Shown one piece after another: positions 9,608 to 19,595 of a stretch of 64,000 nt of DNA. Position numbers and translations under genes: made by a program. Under the pieces are notes generated by a model. The model made no database searches. It was given only the letters and a program-made list of their open reading frames with translations, and had not been told where the DNA came from. The stretch lies in the NCBI GenBank assembly GCA_044226515.1, contig JBGAGX010000003.1, positions 136,721 through 200,720 of the forward strand, given 5' to 3'. The stretch is from Flavobacteriales bacterium. Lineage in GTDB: Bacteria > Bacteroidota > Bacteroidia > Flavobacteriales_F > PHOS-HE28. Positions within the stretch are counted from its first letter, which is position 1. Each line of letters starts with the position of its first letter.

Positions 9608-11031
9608 GTCGCCTCGGTGTTCCTCCAACGGGCGAACAGGATGGCCGCCCCAACGAGCACCATGGGGATGAGGAAGCCCTCCAGCAGCAGGGTCCGGTAC
9701 GCCTCCGGACCGTTCCGCAGCACCTGGGGCAGGAAGGCCACGAAGAGGAAGGGCAACATCACCAGCGCACCACGGCCCTTCCTGCCGCCTTGGGCCACGC
9801 GCAGGGTCCACCCCCACACCAACCCGAGCAACAGTCCGCCGAGCAAGGGCCCGATCAAACCGAAGTTGAGGTACCACGCGGCGGCATGGTGGATCGTATA
9901 ACCCTGCCCCGGGGTCAGCCGCGCGCCTTCGGCGTACACGTCGTACGCGTTCTTCGGGCGGGGCGCGCCCAGCGCCGCCGGCACCGCGCTCGAGGCCAGG
10001 TAGCGGAAGCTCACGAACGGTTCGGGCCGCACGTTCATCCGCAGGATCCCATAGAGGGAGAAATGCGCGGCGAAGAGCTCGTTGTTCAGCACGGCGCCGC
10101 CCACACGCCGCAGGGTCCCTTCAGGGTGACGCGGCACGTGCGCGATGGCCGGTAGCCGGAACGGTCCTTCGTCCTTCACCTCCTCCTTCTTCAAGGTGCG
10201 CAGCTCGTTCACCGTGAAGCCGCGCAGCTGGCCGCCCACCAGGAGGGCCACGCCCAGGGTGATCCACAATGGAAGGCCACGCCGCAGGGCACCGGCACCG
10301 AGCACGGACCATAGGAAGAGCACCGCCGCGATGGCCATGGTGAGCAGGGAATGCCGGTCGCCGATCACCGACAGGTAGAGGCATAGCAGGCCCACCATGA
10401 TGGGAAAGCCCCATCGGGTCCAGCTCACCCTGCCACGGAAGGGTCCGGAACCTGCGTTCGATGCGATCACCACCACCTGGCCGAAGAGCAGGCAGAACGA
10501 AGCGATGCCGTTCGCCACGTTGTGCAATGTGCCCCAGCGGCCGGGCGTGGCCCGCAGCACTTGGTAGAACGAACGGCCCGTGGCCACCGCATCGTTCAGT
10601 TGCGGCCACACGAGCACGGCGGACGCCACCATGGCCAACGCTCCGAGCACGAGCAATGCCCGCAGGTCGATGCGCACGGGAGCGGGCCGCGTGGTGCGGT
10701 CCAGCTTGCGCGTGCTTCCATCGAGCGCCAGCAGCACCGCCAGCAGGAAAACACCGTAGAGCGCGAGCGCCTTCACATAGTCCCCGTCCAGCTCGAACGG
10801 GAACATCTTCTCCATGAGGTAGTAGTACGCCAACCCGATGCGATGGCCATGGAAGCCCGTGGCCGCATCACCGATGAAGAACCAGGCACCGGCCAATGTC
10901 CACACGTACAGGATGACGGCCCCGACGAGCACGCCGGGATCGACCGTGCGCCGATGGACGCGCCGCACCGCCCATCCGAACGCCAGCGTGATGGTAAGGA
11001 GCAGGAGATATCCGCTGACGACGGGGCTCAT
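9604..11031 (-). CDS. Multi-TM O-antigen polymerase (Wzy)-like protein
   Basis: Many hydrophobic segments, GDRH and YLNFGLIG motifs, position inside a glycan locus; ATGA coupling at both ends. Confidence 0.6.
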   Translation of the reverse strand: MSPVVSGYLLLLTITLAFGWAVRRVHRRTVDPGVLVGAVILYVWTLAGAWFFIGDAATGFHGHRIGLAYYYLMEKMFPFELDGDYVKALALYGVFLLAVLLALDGSTRKLDRTTRPAPVRIDLRALLVLGALAMVASAVLVWPQLNDAVATGRSFYQVLRATPGRWGTLHNVANGIASFCLLFGQVVVIASNAGSGPFRGRVSWTRWGFPIMVGLLCLYLSVIGDRHSLLTMAIAAVLFLWSVLGAGALRRGLPLWITLGVALLVGGQLRGFTVNELRTLKKEEVKDEGPFRLPAIAHVPRHPEGTLRRVGGAVLNNELFAAHFSLYGILRMNVRPEPFVSFRYLASSAVPAALGAPRPKNAYDVYAEGARLTPGQGYTIHHAAAWYLNFGLIGPLLGGLLLGLVWGWTLRVAQGGRKGRGALVMLPFLFVAFLPQVLRNGPEAYRTLLLEGFLIPMVLVGAAILFARWRNTEAT

Positions 11032-13286
11032 GCGTGGATCATCAAGCTGCGGAGATGATCGACCAGGGCCTTGTTCGTCGCGGCGGCATCGCAGCCGTTC
11101 GCGGCGAGCAGCTCCCTGCCATTGCTGCGCCGCCCGTCGCGCAGCGTGGCGAGCAGGGCATCGGCCAGCGCGCGGGCATCCTGCGCCACCACGGCCCCGG
11201 GGAGGACGCCCCGCAGGCGATGGGCCGTATCGCCCACGTCGTTGCACACCACCGGAAGGCCACAGGCCATGGCCTCCTTCACCATGCCGGGGCTGCCCTC
11301 CGAATCACTGCAAAGGAGCAGGGCATCCGCCGCGTTCATCAGCAGCGGCATGCGGTCGTGCGGGATGCCGCCCTGGAGCACCTCGAGCCGCGCATCGGGA
11401 AGCTCACGCCGCACCAGCTCCATCGCCTGCTCGGCCAGGTCGAGCCGCTTCACCGCCGGATTGTTCCCGTTGAAGAGGATCACGCGCCCTTCGGCCGGCC
11501 AGCCCAGTTGCGCGCGGCATTCGTGCTTCGGCATGGGCGTGAAATGCCGTGCGTCCACACCGGCCGGGATCACCCTGGCGTCGCTGGTGCGCCACCAGAG
11601 CTGATCGCGCAGGCCTTCGCTCACGCACACGATACCACCGGCGAAAAAGGCCGCGGCCTGCGAGAACATGCGGCCGATCAGGTCCCGCCACCGGCCATCG
11701 GCGGGGGTGCGGTTAAGGTCGGAGCCCAGGAAGTACACCACCACGGGGATGGAGCTGGAAAGCACGGTGAAGAGGCCCGAGACCGATCCGTAGTAGGCCA
11801 GCACCACGTCCGGTCGGTCGCTCTTCAGGCGGGCCTTCATGCGGCGACGCGAAGCCCAGAGGCGGGCGATCGACGACCGGCTCTCCAGGTGGAAGTAGGT
11901 GACGGTGGCCCCATGGTCGCGCGCGAAGGCATCGGTCTGCTTGTAGGCGAAGGGATAGGCGCCGCTGCCTTCCGGGGCCGGGATCACCACCAGCACCCGG
12001 ATGTCGCCGGCCTTCCGTTCGGAAAGGCGGAGCAGCTCGGCGTCCACGAACCGCACATCGCGCCAGGTGGCCAGACCCAGGTAGCTGAGCGCCGCCACCA
12101 GCACCCAGGCCACGAAGCTCACCGGGGTGGGCACCGCGAAGTGCACCAGGCTGCCGGCCATGAGGATGAGGAAGGCGTAGGTGAGGTTCAACCCGTTGCG
12201 CGGCGTGTGGTAGAACGCGTCGAGCACGCTGCGCAGCCCAACGAACAGGCCGAAGGGCAGCGCGCCCAGGAACACGATGCGGCTCATGGTCACGTAGTCC
12301 GCGTAGGTCTCGCCGAGGTAGAGGTGCAGCAGGGGGTCGGCGAGCAGCTCGAACAGCAGGGTCATGCCGGCGCTGGCGAGCAAAGTGAGCCGCATGATCG
12401 TGCCGATGCGGCGGCTGAGCCCGGCATGATCGCCCGAAGCGAGCTGGGAAGCGCTCGCGGGCAAGAGCACCAGGGCGAGCGGCGAGAACACGGCCGCCGC
12501 GAGGTTCAACAGCGTGGTGCCGAAGCCGATCTCGCCGCTGGCCGAGAGCCCGTGGGTGCGGGCCACCACGTAAACCGGTATGGTGAGCAGCGCCCCGAAG
12601 GCGAGGTCGCCGGGCACACGGGGCACCCCATAGCGGAGCAGTTCACCGCGTTCACGCCGGGCGCTGCCCACCGCGGGCTGCAGCAGTGCGGGGGCCAGGG
12701 CGAGGAGCGCGAGGACCAGCCAGCTGAACCCCGTGGCCCAACAGATGAGCACGAGGTCATCGAGCAGCAGGAAGGACACGCACGGGGAAACGGCCAGCAC
12801 CAGCACCTGCACCGCGTTCGCCCGCACAAGATGGCGCTGACCGCGAAGGAACGCGTAGCCCAGTCCGTACAGCGAAACGGTGGCCGTCATCAGCGCAAGG
12901 GGCGGGATGAGGGCGTGCTGCTCGGCGGAGCCGAACACGAGCCACGAAAGTTGCTCCGGGAAGAGAAGGCCGATGGCCACGGTGGCCGCGGAGAGCGGGA
13001 GCACCCAGCCCAGGGCGGCCACCAGGTAGCGGCGCTGCTCCTCGGGCCGGCTCTTCATGGCCACGAAGCGGGTGATCCCCACCACCGCGCCCATCAGCAG
13101 CAGCGGATAGATGAAGGACACCGTGCGGCGCACCACCACATATTGGTCGAGCGCGTCGCGGCCATCCTGCGCGGCGAGGCGATAGGCCAGCACCATGCCC
13201 ACCATGGCAAGGCCCTCGGCGGCGTAGGTGAGCAGGCTGTCTCGTCCATCGCTCGAGCGGAGCATGGACAGGATCCGTTGCAGCAT
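11028..13286 (-). CDS. Fused Wzx/MATE-like flippase and GT4 glycosyltransferase
   Basis: About 410 aa of ~12 TM helices, then a soluble GT-B domain with SDSEGSPGMVKEAMACGLPVV (E-x7-E). Confidence 0.75.
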   Translation of the reverse strand: MLQRILSMLRSSDGRDSLLTYAAEGLAMVGMVLAYRLAAQDGRDALDQYVVVRRTVSFIYPLLLMGAVVGITRFVAMKSRPEEQRRYLVAALGWVLPLSAATVAIGLLFPEQLSWLVFGSAEQHALIPPLALMTATVSLYGLGYAFLRGQRHLVRANAVQVLVLAVSPCVSFLLLDDLVLICWATGFSWLVLALLALAPALLQPAVGSARRERGELLRYGVPRVPGDLAFGALLTIPVYVVARTHGLSASGEIGFGTTLLNLAAAVFSPLALVLLPASASQLASGDHAGLSRRIGTIMRLTLLASAGMTLLFELLADPLLHLYLGETYADYVTMSRIVFLGALPFGLFVGLRSVLDAFYHTPRNGLNLTYAFLILMAGSLVHFAVPTPVSFVAWVLVAALSYLGLATWRDVRFVDAELLRLSERKAGDIRVLVVIPAPEGSGAYPFAYKQTDAFARDHGATVTYFHLESRSSIARLWASRRRMKARLKSDRPDVVLAYYGSVSGLFTVLSSSIPVVVYFLGSDLNRTPADGRWRDLIGRMFSQAAAFFAGGIVCVSEGLRDQLWWRTSDARVIPAGVDARHFTPMPKHECRAQLGWPAEGRVILFNGNNPAVKRLDLAEQAMELVRRELPDARLEVLQGGIPHDRMPLLMNAADALLLCSDSEGSPGMVKEAMACGLPVVCNDVGDTAHRLRGVLPGAVVAQDARALADALLATLRDGRRSNGRELLAANGCDAAATNKALVDHLRSLMIHA

Positions 13287-13417
13287 GAGCGGTCGAAAAT
13301 AGCGGAACGGCAGCGGACACCCCGGGCGGCCTTCATCCGGCCCACCGACCGCTCATCCCCTTCCCGCCCAGCCCTTCGGCCGCACCCGTCTATCTTCACA
13401 CCGCACAACGCGAGAAC

Positions 13418-13861
13418 ATGGAATTCTTCCAGTGGTATTGGTGGGCCGGCGCGGCCCTGGTGCTCATGATCGCCGAGATCTTCGTGCCCGGCTTCTTTCT
13501 GCTGTGCCTGGGCATCGGGTGCGTGGGCGGTAGCCTTGCCGCAGCGCTGGGCCTCGGTGCCAGCGCCCAGCTCATCGCCTTCTCGGCCTTTTCCCTCGTG
13601 GCCTTCTTCACCATCCGGCCGCTGCTCATGAAACGCATGTGGAACGGTCCCGATGTGAAGACCAACGTGGACGCCCTCGTGGGCCAGCGTGGCCGCGTGA
13701 CCCAGGATTTCGAACCGGGCCTGCGCCTGGGCCGTGTGAGCGCCGCCGGCGACGACTGGCGCGCGGAGTGCACCAGCGACCGCCTGCTGCGCGTGGGCGA
13801 CCTGGTGGAGGTTGTGCGCGTGGACAGCAACACCCTCATCGTACGCCCCATCGACGCCTGA
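13418..13861 (+). CDS. NfeD family protein
   Basis: N-terminal TMs (AEIFVPGFFLL) plus OB fold (LVGQRGRV, GRV..AGDDWRA); adjacent to an SPFH gene. Confidence 0.88.
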   Translation: MEFFQWYWWAGAALVLMIAEIFVPGFFLLCLGIGCVGGSLAAALGLGASAQLIAFSAFSLVAFFTIRPLLMKRMWNGPDVKTNVDALVGQRGRVTQDFEPGLRLGRVSAAGDDWRAECTSDRLLRVGDLVEVVRVDSNTLIVRPIDA

Positions 13862-13900
13862 AGCCGTCTTCCTTCCGAACCAACACCCCGATCACCAACC

Positions 13901-14899
13901 ATGAGCGCCGGAACCATCGTCCTCCTGTTATTCGCCCTGTTCATCGTCTTCATCGTGGCCAAGGGCCTTCGCATCGTGCAGCAGAGCGAGTCCATGGTGA
14001 TCGAACGCCTGGGCAAGTACCACAAGACCCTCACCGCGGGCATCAACGTCATCATCCCCATCGTGGACAAGCCCCGCGAGATCGTGTTCCGCTTCACGCG
14101 CGACCTGCCCGATGGCAACAAGTACGTGCAGTTCGTGAAGAAGGAGCGCATCGACCTGCGCGAGACCGTGTACGACTTCCCCCGCCAGAACGTGATCACC
14201 AAGGACAACGTGATGACCGAGATCAACGCGCTGCTCTACTTCCAGGTGATGGACCCCGTGAAGGCCATGTACGAGATCGAGAACCTGCCCCTGGCCATCG
14301 AGAAGCTCACGCAGACCACGCTCCGCAACGTGATCGGCGAGCTCGACCTGGACGAGTGCCTCACCAGCCGCGACACCATCAACATGAAGCTGCGCACCAT
14401 CCTGGACGAGGCCAGCAACAAGTGGGGCGTGAAGGTGAACCGCGTGGAGCTGCAGGACATCAACCCGCCGCGCGACATCCGCGAGGCCATGGAGAAGCAG
14501 ATGCGTGCCGAGCGCGACCGCCGGGCCCAGATCATCGACGCCGAGGGCAGCAAGCGCGCCGCCGTGCTGCAGGCCGAAGGCATCCAGCAGTCGCAGATCA
14601 CCACGGCCGAAGGCCAGAAGCAGAGCCAGATCCTGGAGGCCGAGGGCGATGCCCAAAGCCGCATCCGCCGCGCCCAGGGCGAGGCCGAGGCCATCCGCCT
14701 GGTGACCGACGCGATCAAGGGCGCCAAAGCCGACCCCACCAACTACCTCATCGCCATGAAGTACCTGGAAACGCTGAAGGAGATGACCAGCGGCCAGAAC
14801 AACAAGGTGATCTACATGCCCTACGAGGCCACCGGCGTGCTCAGCAGCGTGGGCGGCATCAAGGAGATGCTCGAGGCCAACAAGGCCGCCAAAGGCTGA
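13901..14899 (+). CDS. SPFH/Band 7 (stomatin/paraslipin-like) protein
   Basis: VIERLGKY, QNVITKDN, TTLRNVIGELDLD, WGVKVNRVELQDI, MEKQMRAER. Confidence 0.92.
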   Translation: MSAGTIVLLLFALFIVFIVAKGLRIVQQSESMVIERLGKYHKTLTAGINVIIPIVDKPREIVFRFTRDLPDGNKYVQFVKKERIDLRETVYDFPRQNVITKDNVMTEINALLYFQVMDPVKAMYEIENLPLAIEKLTQTTLRNVIGELDLDECLTSRDTINMKLRTILDEASNKWGVKVNRVELQDINPPRDIREAMEKQMRAERDRRAQIIDAEGSKRAAVLQAEGIQQSQITTAEGQKQSQILEAEGDAQSRIRRAQGEAEAIRLVTDAIKGAKADPTNYLIAMKYLETLKEMTSGQNNKVIYMPYEATGVLSSVGGIKEMLEANKAAKG

Positions 14900-14918
14900 T
14901 CTCGAACGAACGACAAGG

Positions 14919-14951
14919 AGCCCCGCTGATGGTGACATCGGCGGGGCTTTT
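14919..14951 (+). terminator. Rho-independent terminator
   Basis: AGCCCCGCTGAT-GGTGAC-ATCGGCGGGGCT followed by TTT. Confidence 0.75.
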
Positions 14952-14978
14952 ACTTGCGCCCCGGGCTATCTTCACGCC

Positions 14979-15281
14979 ATGCCCGCCTACTCCACCCTTT
15001 CGGAAGCCGTGAACGACCTGCAGCGCCGTGGGTACACCGACGACCTGGCGTTGGGCGGTCATTGCTTGGTGTGCGATGCGCGGGGCATCAACCTCGACCC
15101 GCATGAGTTCGAGATCGATGAGTTCCACCGGTTCGAGGGGAACAGCGACCCGGAGGACCAGAGCATCGTGTACGCCATCAGTTCCAGGGACGGGCGCTTC
15201 AAGGGCATCCTGGTGAACGCGTACGGTGTCGACGCCGCCCCGATGACCCAGGCCTTGGTGGCCAAGCTGGCCACGCACTGA
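14979..15281 (+). CDS. Conserved small Bacteroidota protein
   Basis: TLSEAVNDLQRRGY...HRFEGNSDPEDQSIVYAI...GILVNAYG is a recognisable conserved hypothetical family. Confidence 0.7.
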   Translation: MPAYSTLSEAVNDLQRRGYTDDLALGGHCLVCDARGINLDPHEFEIDEFHRFEGNSDPEDQSIVYAISSRDGRFKGILVNAYGVDAAPMTQALVAKLATH

Positions 15282-15332
15282 ACGGCCGTCGTTCCGCGTT
15301 CCACATCCACGGGGCCACCTGCACCCCGCACC

Positions 15333-15872
15333 ATGATCCCCCTCTCCTGCCGCTTGCTCTTCGCGGCATTCCTGACCGCCGGTGCCCCTTTCATCGGCCG
15401 CGCATCGCTCCAGCACCAGCTCACCCTGGCCGATGTCCACGACAGCCTGCTGCACGCCGAGATCGCCGCGCTCGGGGCCTATCCCGAGCTCGAGGGTGCG
15501 CTGCCCGATGTGCGGCTGACCGAGGTGCCGCTACGCGCCTGCTCCGGCTCGCAGGCCGTGCTGGAAGGTGCCGATGTGCACGTGGAGCTGCGCCGGTCCG
15601 AGACGCAAGACCTTCAGCTCGCCGTAGTGGTGGACGACTCGCTGCTGGCGATCCCCGATGCAAGCGTGAGCGGCCTGCGGGCGGACCGGTTCTGCGACTG
15701 GGATGATGACCTGCAGCGCATCCTGCCCTATTGCAGCGCCGCGCGCTCCACCGACGGCTCACGGGTGTATGTGCACATGCTCGCCGGCGAGGGTCGCAAG
15801 CATCGCCTCCTGACGTGGGTCTTCGAAGAGGGCCGATACCTCTTTCGCGTGGACGAGGAGGCCGTGCTGTGA
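15333..15872 (+). CDS. Hypothetical, possibly exported protein
   Basis: ORF fills the gap between neighbours and has a hydrophobic N-terminus; no family recognised. Confidence 0.45.
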   Translation: MIPLSCRLLFAAFLTAGAPFIGRASLQHQLTLADVHDSLLHAEIAALGAYPELEGALPDVRLTEVPLRACSGSQAVLEGADVHVELRRSETQDLQLAVVVDDSLLAIPDASVSGLRADRFCDWDDDLQRILPYCSAARSTDGSRVYVHMLAGEGRKHRLLTWVFEEGRYLFRVDEEAVL

Positions 15873-16106
15873 ATTCACCTACCTTTGCGGCCGTCCGCTG
15901 ATAAGTGGACGTGCCCCGAGCGCCCAGCTCTCCGTATCGGCCGAAGCCGATGTCCGAATTGTCCAGGCGCCATCTTCCAGCGGATCATTGGACGCCGGAC
16001 CGGATCGAAGGGGCGATCAGAACACCTGAACAAGGTGTGCGCAGGGACAATGGCCTGTGCATGCCGAACCTACACCCGCATCGCCCGGGACCCGGCGACC
16101 TGTACC

Positions 16107-17692
16107 ATGGAACGGACCACGTTCAACGACCTGGGGCTCATCGAGCCCATCCTGAAGGCCCTTCACGAAGAAGGTTACACCCACCCCACCCCCATCCAGG
16201 CGCAGGCCATCCCGCACCTGGTGAAGGGCCGCGACCTGCTGGGCTGCGCGCAGACCGGAACCGGCAAGACCGCCGCCTTCGCCATCCCCATCCTGCAGGA
16301 GCTGCACGAGCGCGGCATCGGTGCGCAGGGCGGCAAGCGCCCCATCAAGGTGCTCATCCTCACCCCCACCCGCGAGCTCGCCATCCAGATCGGCGAGAGC
16401 TTCGCCGCCTATGGCCGCCACCTGAAGCTGAAGCACACCGTGATCTTCGGCGGCGTGGGCCAGAAGCCCCAGACCGACGCGCTGCAGCGCGGGGTGGACA
16501 CCGTGATCGCCACCCCCGGCCGCCTGCTCGACCTCATGGGCCAGGGCTACGTGCACCTCAACGACCTCGACGTCTTCGTGCTCGATGAGGCCGACCGCAT
16601 GCTCGACATGGGCTTCATCCACGACGTGAAGAAGGTGATCGCCAAGCTGCCCCGGAAGCGGCAGACGCTCTTCTTCAGCGCCACCATGCCGCCCGAGATC
16701 GCCAAGCTCGCGAACAGCATCCTCACCGACCCCATCAAGGTGGAGGTGGCGCCCGTGAGCAGCACCGCCGAGACGATCGACCAGCACCTGTTCTTCGTGG
16801 ACCGCACGGACAAGAACAAGCTGCTGCTGCACCTGCTGCAGGGCGATGCCATCCGGGAGGCGCTCATCTTCACCCGCACCAAGCACGGCGCCAACAAGGT
16901 GGCCAAGGTGCTCACCCAGGCCGGCTTCGCGGCCGAGGCCATCCACGGCAACAAGAGCCAGACGGCCCGCCAGAACGCCCTGAAGAACTTCAAGGACGGG
17001 AAGCTGCGCGCGCTCGTGGCCACCGACATCGCCGCGCGCGGCATCGACATCGACGGCCTCACCCACGTGATCAACTTCGACATCCCGAACATCCCCGAGA
17101 CCTACGTGCACCGCATCGGTCGCACGGGCCGTGCCGGAGCTTCGGGCAAGGCGCTGAGCTTCTGCGATCACGAGGAGAAGGCCTTCCTGCGCGACATCAC
17201 GCGGCTCATCAAGCGCGATATCCCGGTCGTTGCCGAACACCCGTACGTGATGGTGGGCGGACCGAAGAAGGCCGAGCCCGAGGTGCGCGAACCCCGCCAG
17301 CCGCGCGGTCCGGGCCGTGGGCAACGCCCCGCCCGGGATGGTCAGCGCGGCGATCGTCCGCAAGGCCAGCAACGCCGTGAAGGTCGCCCGCAGCAAGGCG
17401 ACCGCAAGCCCCAACAGCAGCGCAACGACCGCCAACCCCGCCGCGATGAGCGCCCCCGCCAGGAAGGCCAACGCCGCAACGATGGACGCCCGCAGCAAGG
17501 ACAGCGTGGCCCCCGCCCCAGCACGGCCAGCGAAACGACCGCCCGCAGGAGCGGCGCGAACAGCCGGCGAAGCCCGACTACGACAAGCTCACCCGCGAGC
17601 TCTTCGCCGAGGAGCAACGCGACGAGCAACGGAAGGGCAAGGGCCCGGACAAGAAGGAAGGCGGCGGCATCCTGCGCTGGTTCAAGCGCTGA
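16107..17692 (+). CDS. DEAD-box RNA helicase (RhlE-like), with an apparent 1-nt frameshift at ~17517-17519 in the C-terminal tail
   Basis: Q motif, [38 protein letters not shown]. The R/Q/G-rich tail continues in the -1 frame to ...[10 protein letters not shown] (TGA 17690-17692). Confidence 0.88.
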
Positions 17693-17736
17693 TCGCCGAT
17701 CACCACGACGCGGAGCAGGGTGCCTACCTTGGCATC

Positions 17737-19050
17737 ATGCTCCGCGTTCTCTTTCCCGCCCTGGTCTGCTGGACCCTTGCCGTTCAGGCCCAGTCCCCGA
17801 TCATCGGCCCCATGCCCGGCCATGTGGACATGCTGGGCGCTTCGATATGGCTGCAATGCACCGGTCCCTGCCGTGCCCAGTTGGAGTATTGGGTGAAGGA
17901 GAGGCCCGACAGCCTACTGCGGACCGACGTGCTCAGCAGCGAGGCGGCCAAGGCGCACGCCCTGGAATTCGTGGTTGACCGGGTGGTGCCCGGTCGCATC
18001 TATGGCTACCGGGTGCTCCTTGACGGCAAGGTGGTGGACGTGGGCGAACCGCTCTGGTTCCATACACAGCCGCTGTGGAAGTTCCGCGGCGACCCGCCCG
18101 ATATCACCGTGGCCGCGGGCAGCTGCACCTACGTGAACGAGCCCGCCTACGACCGGCCGGGCAAGCCCTACGGTGGTGAGTACGGCATCTTCAACAGCAT
18201 CGCCGATGCGAAGCCCGACCTCATGCTCTGGTTGGGCGACAACGTGTACCTGCGCGAGCCTGATTGGGGGACCTGGCCGGGGTACCTGCACCGCTACACC
18301 CACACCCGCGCCCTGCCCGAACTGCAGCACCTGCTGCGCAGCACGCAGCACTATGCCATCTGGGACGACCACGACTTCGGCCCCAACGATTGCGACGGCA
18401 GCTGGATCAACGCCGGGCTGAGCCACGAGGCCTTCGACCTGTTCTGGGCCAACCCCACGCACGGCTTCCCCGGCGTGGGTGGCAACGGCACCGCCTTCAG
18501 CTACGGGGACGTGGACTTCTTCCTGATGGACAACAGGAGTTTCCGCGTACCGCCCGACGTGGTGACCTTGGAACCGGCCTACCTCGGAAAAGCGCAGCTC
18601 GATCGCCTGATCCAGATGTTGAAGTACAGCGATGCGACCTTCAAGGTGGTGTGCGTGGGCGGCCAGGTGCTCAACACGGCCGCCGTGTTCGAGAACTACG
18701 CCACCTTCCCCAAGGAGCGCCAGGAACTGCTGGACCGCATCGACAAGGAAGGCATCACGGGCGTGGTGTTCCTCACCGGCGACCGCCACCATGCCGTGCT
18801 GAGCAAGCTGGAACTGCCCGGCGGGAACGTGGTGTACGACCTCACCACCTCGCCCCTCACCTCCAGCGTGCACGCCCCCAAGGAGGTCAACGACCTCGCC
18901 GTACCGGGCACCGTGGTGGAGCAACGCAACTTCGCCACGCTGCGGTTCCACGGCCCGAAACAGGCCCGCGTGCTCAGCATGGCCCTGCATGATGCCTCCG
19001 GGAAGGTCCTCTGGTCGCAGGACATCCCGGCCCCGACACCGGCGAAATAG
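17737..19050 (+). CDS. phoD: Alkaline phosphatase D family protein
   Basis: Signal peptide; [35 protein letters not shown] motifs. Confidence 0.85.
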   Translation: MLRVLFPALVCWTLAVQAQSPIIGPMPGHVDMLGASIWLQCTGPCRAQLEYWVKERPDSLLRTDVLSSEAAKAHALEFVVDRVVPGRIYGYRVLLDGKVVDVGEPLWFHTQPLWKFRGDPPDITVAAGSCTYVNEPAYDRPGKPYGGEYGIFNSIADAKPDLMLWLGDNVYLREPDWGTWPGYLHRYTHTRALPELQHLLRSTQHYAIWDDHDFGPNDCDGSWINAGLSHEAFDLFWANPTHGFPGVGGNGTAFSYGDVDFFLMDNRSFRVPPDVVTLEPAYLGKAQLDRLIQMLKYSDATFKVVCVGGQVLNTAAVFENYATFPKERQELLDRIDKEGITGVVFLTGDRHHAVLSKLELPGGNVVYDLTTSPLTSSVHAPKEVNDLAVPGTVVEQRNFATLRFHGPKQARVLSMALHDASGKVLWSQDIPAPTPAK

Positions 19051-19051
19051 G

Positions 19052-19504
19052 TCAACCGCGGAGGCCGTCCAAGGCCTTGTTCACTACGCGTGCGTCCGCC
19101 TCGCTCAGCCGGGCGTGCACCTCGCTCCAATGGGCGCGCATCGCATCGTTCACCTGCTCCAGCAGTTCCAGGCCCTTGGCGGTGATGCGGATGTAGACCA
19201 CGCGCCGGTCCTCCTCACAGCGCTCGCGCTCCACGAGGCCCTTCGCGAGCAACTTGTCGCTGAGACGGGTGGCGTTCGGGGCGCGGTCGATCATGCGCGC
19301 CTTCACGGTGTGCATGTTCACCTTCTCACCCTTGGCGCCGCGCAGGATGCGCAGGATGTTGTACTGCTGGATGCTGATGCCGTACGGGGCGAGCAGCAGC
19401 GTCTGTCCGTTGCGGAACCAGTTCGCGGTGAACAGGATGTTCAGCACCGCCTTCTGCTGTTCGCTCTCGAAGCTGCTGACGAGCTCCTCTCCGATGGTGG
19501 CCAC
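19052..19504 (-). CDS. MarR family transcriptional regulator
   Basis: QQYNILRILRG, TRLSDKLLAKGLVER, DRRVVYIRITAKG; GTG start. Confidence 0.9.
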   Translation of the reverse strand: MATIGEELVSSFESEQQKAVLNILFTANWFRNGQTLLLAPYGISIQQYNILRILRGAKGEKVNMHTVKARMIDRAPNATRLSDKLLAKGLVERERCEEDRRVVYIRITAKGLELLEQVNDAMRAHWSEVHARLSEADARVVNKALDGLRG

Positions 19505-19595
19505 GGCGCGAAATTAGGCGCGCACCGTTCACCACGGGCCAGGGTGGGGTCCGGGGCCCAGCCCCGCTTATTTTCGCGGCCCATCCATCTCCGCC

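Noticed and set aside
14979-15281. Phosphoribosylpyrophosphate synthetase label often given to this family
   Set aside because: Only 100 aa, with no PRPP-synthetase motifs.
17510-17520. Programmed -1 ribosomal frameshift in the DEAD-box helicase
   Set aside because: No X-XXY-YYZ slippery heptamer; a homopolymer deletion is the simpler explanation.
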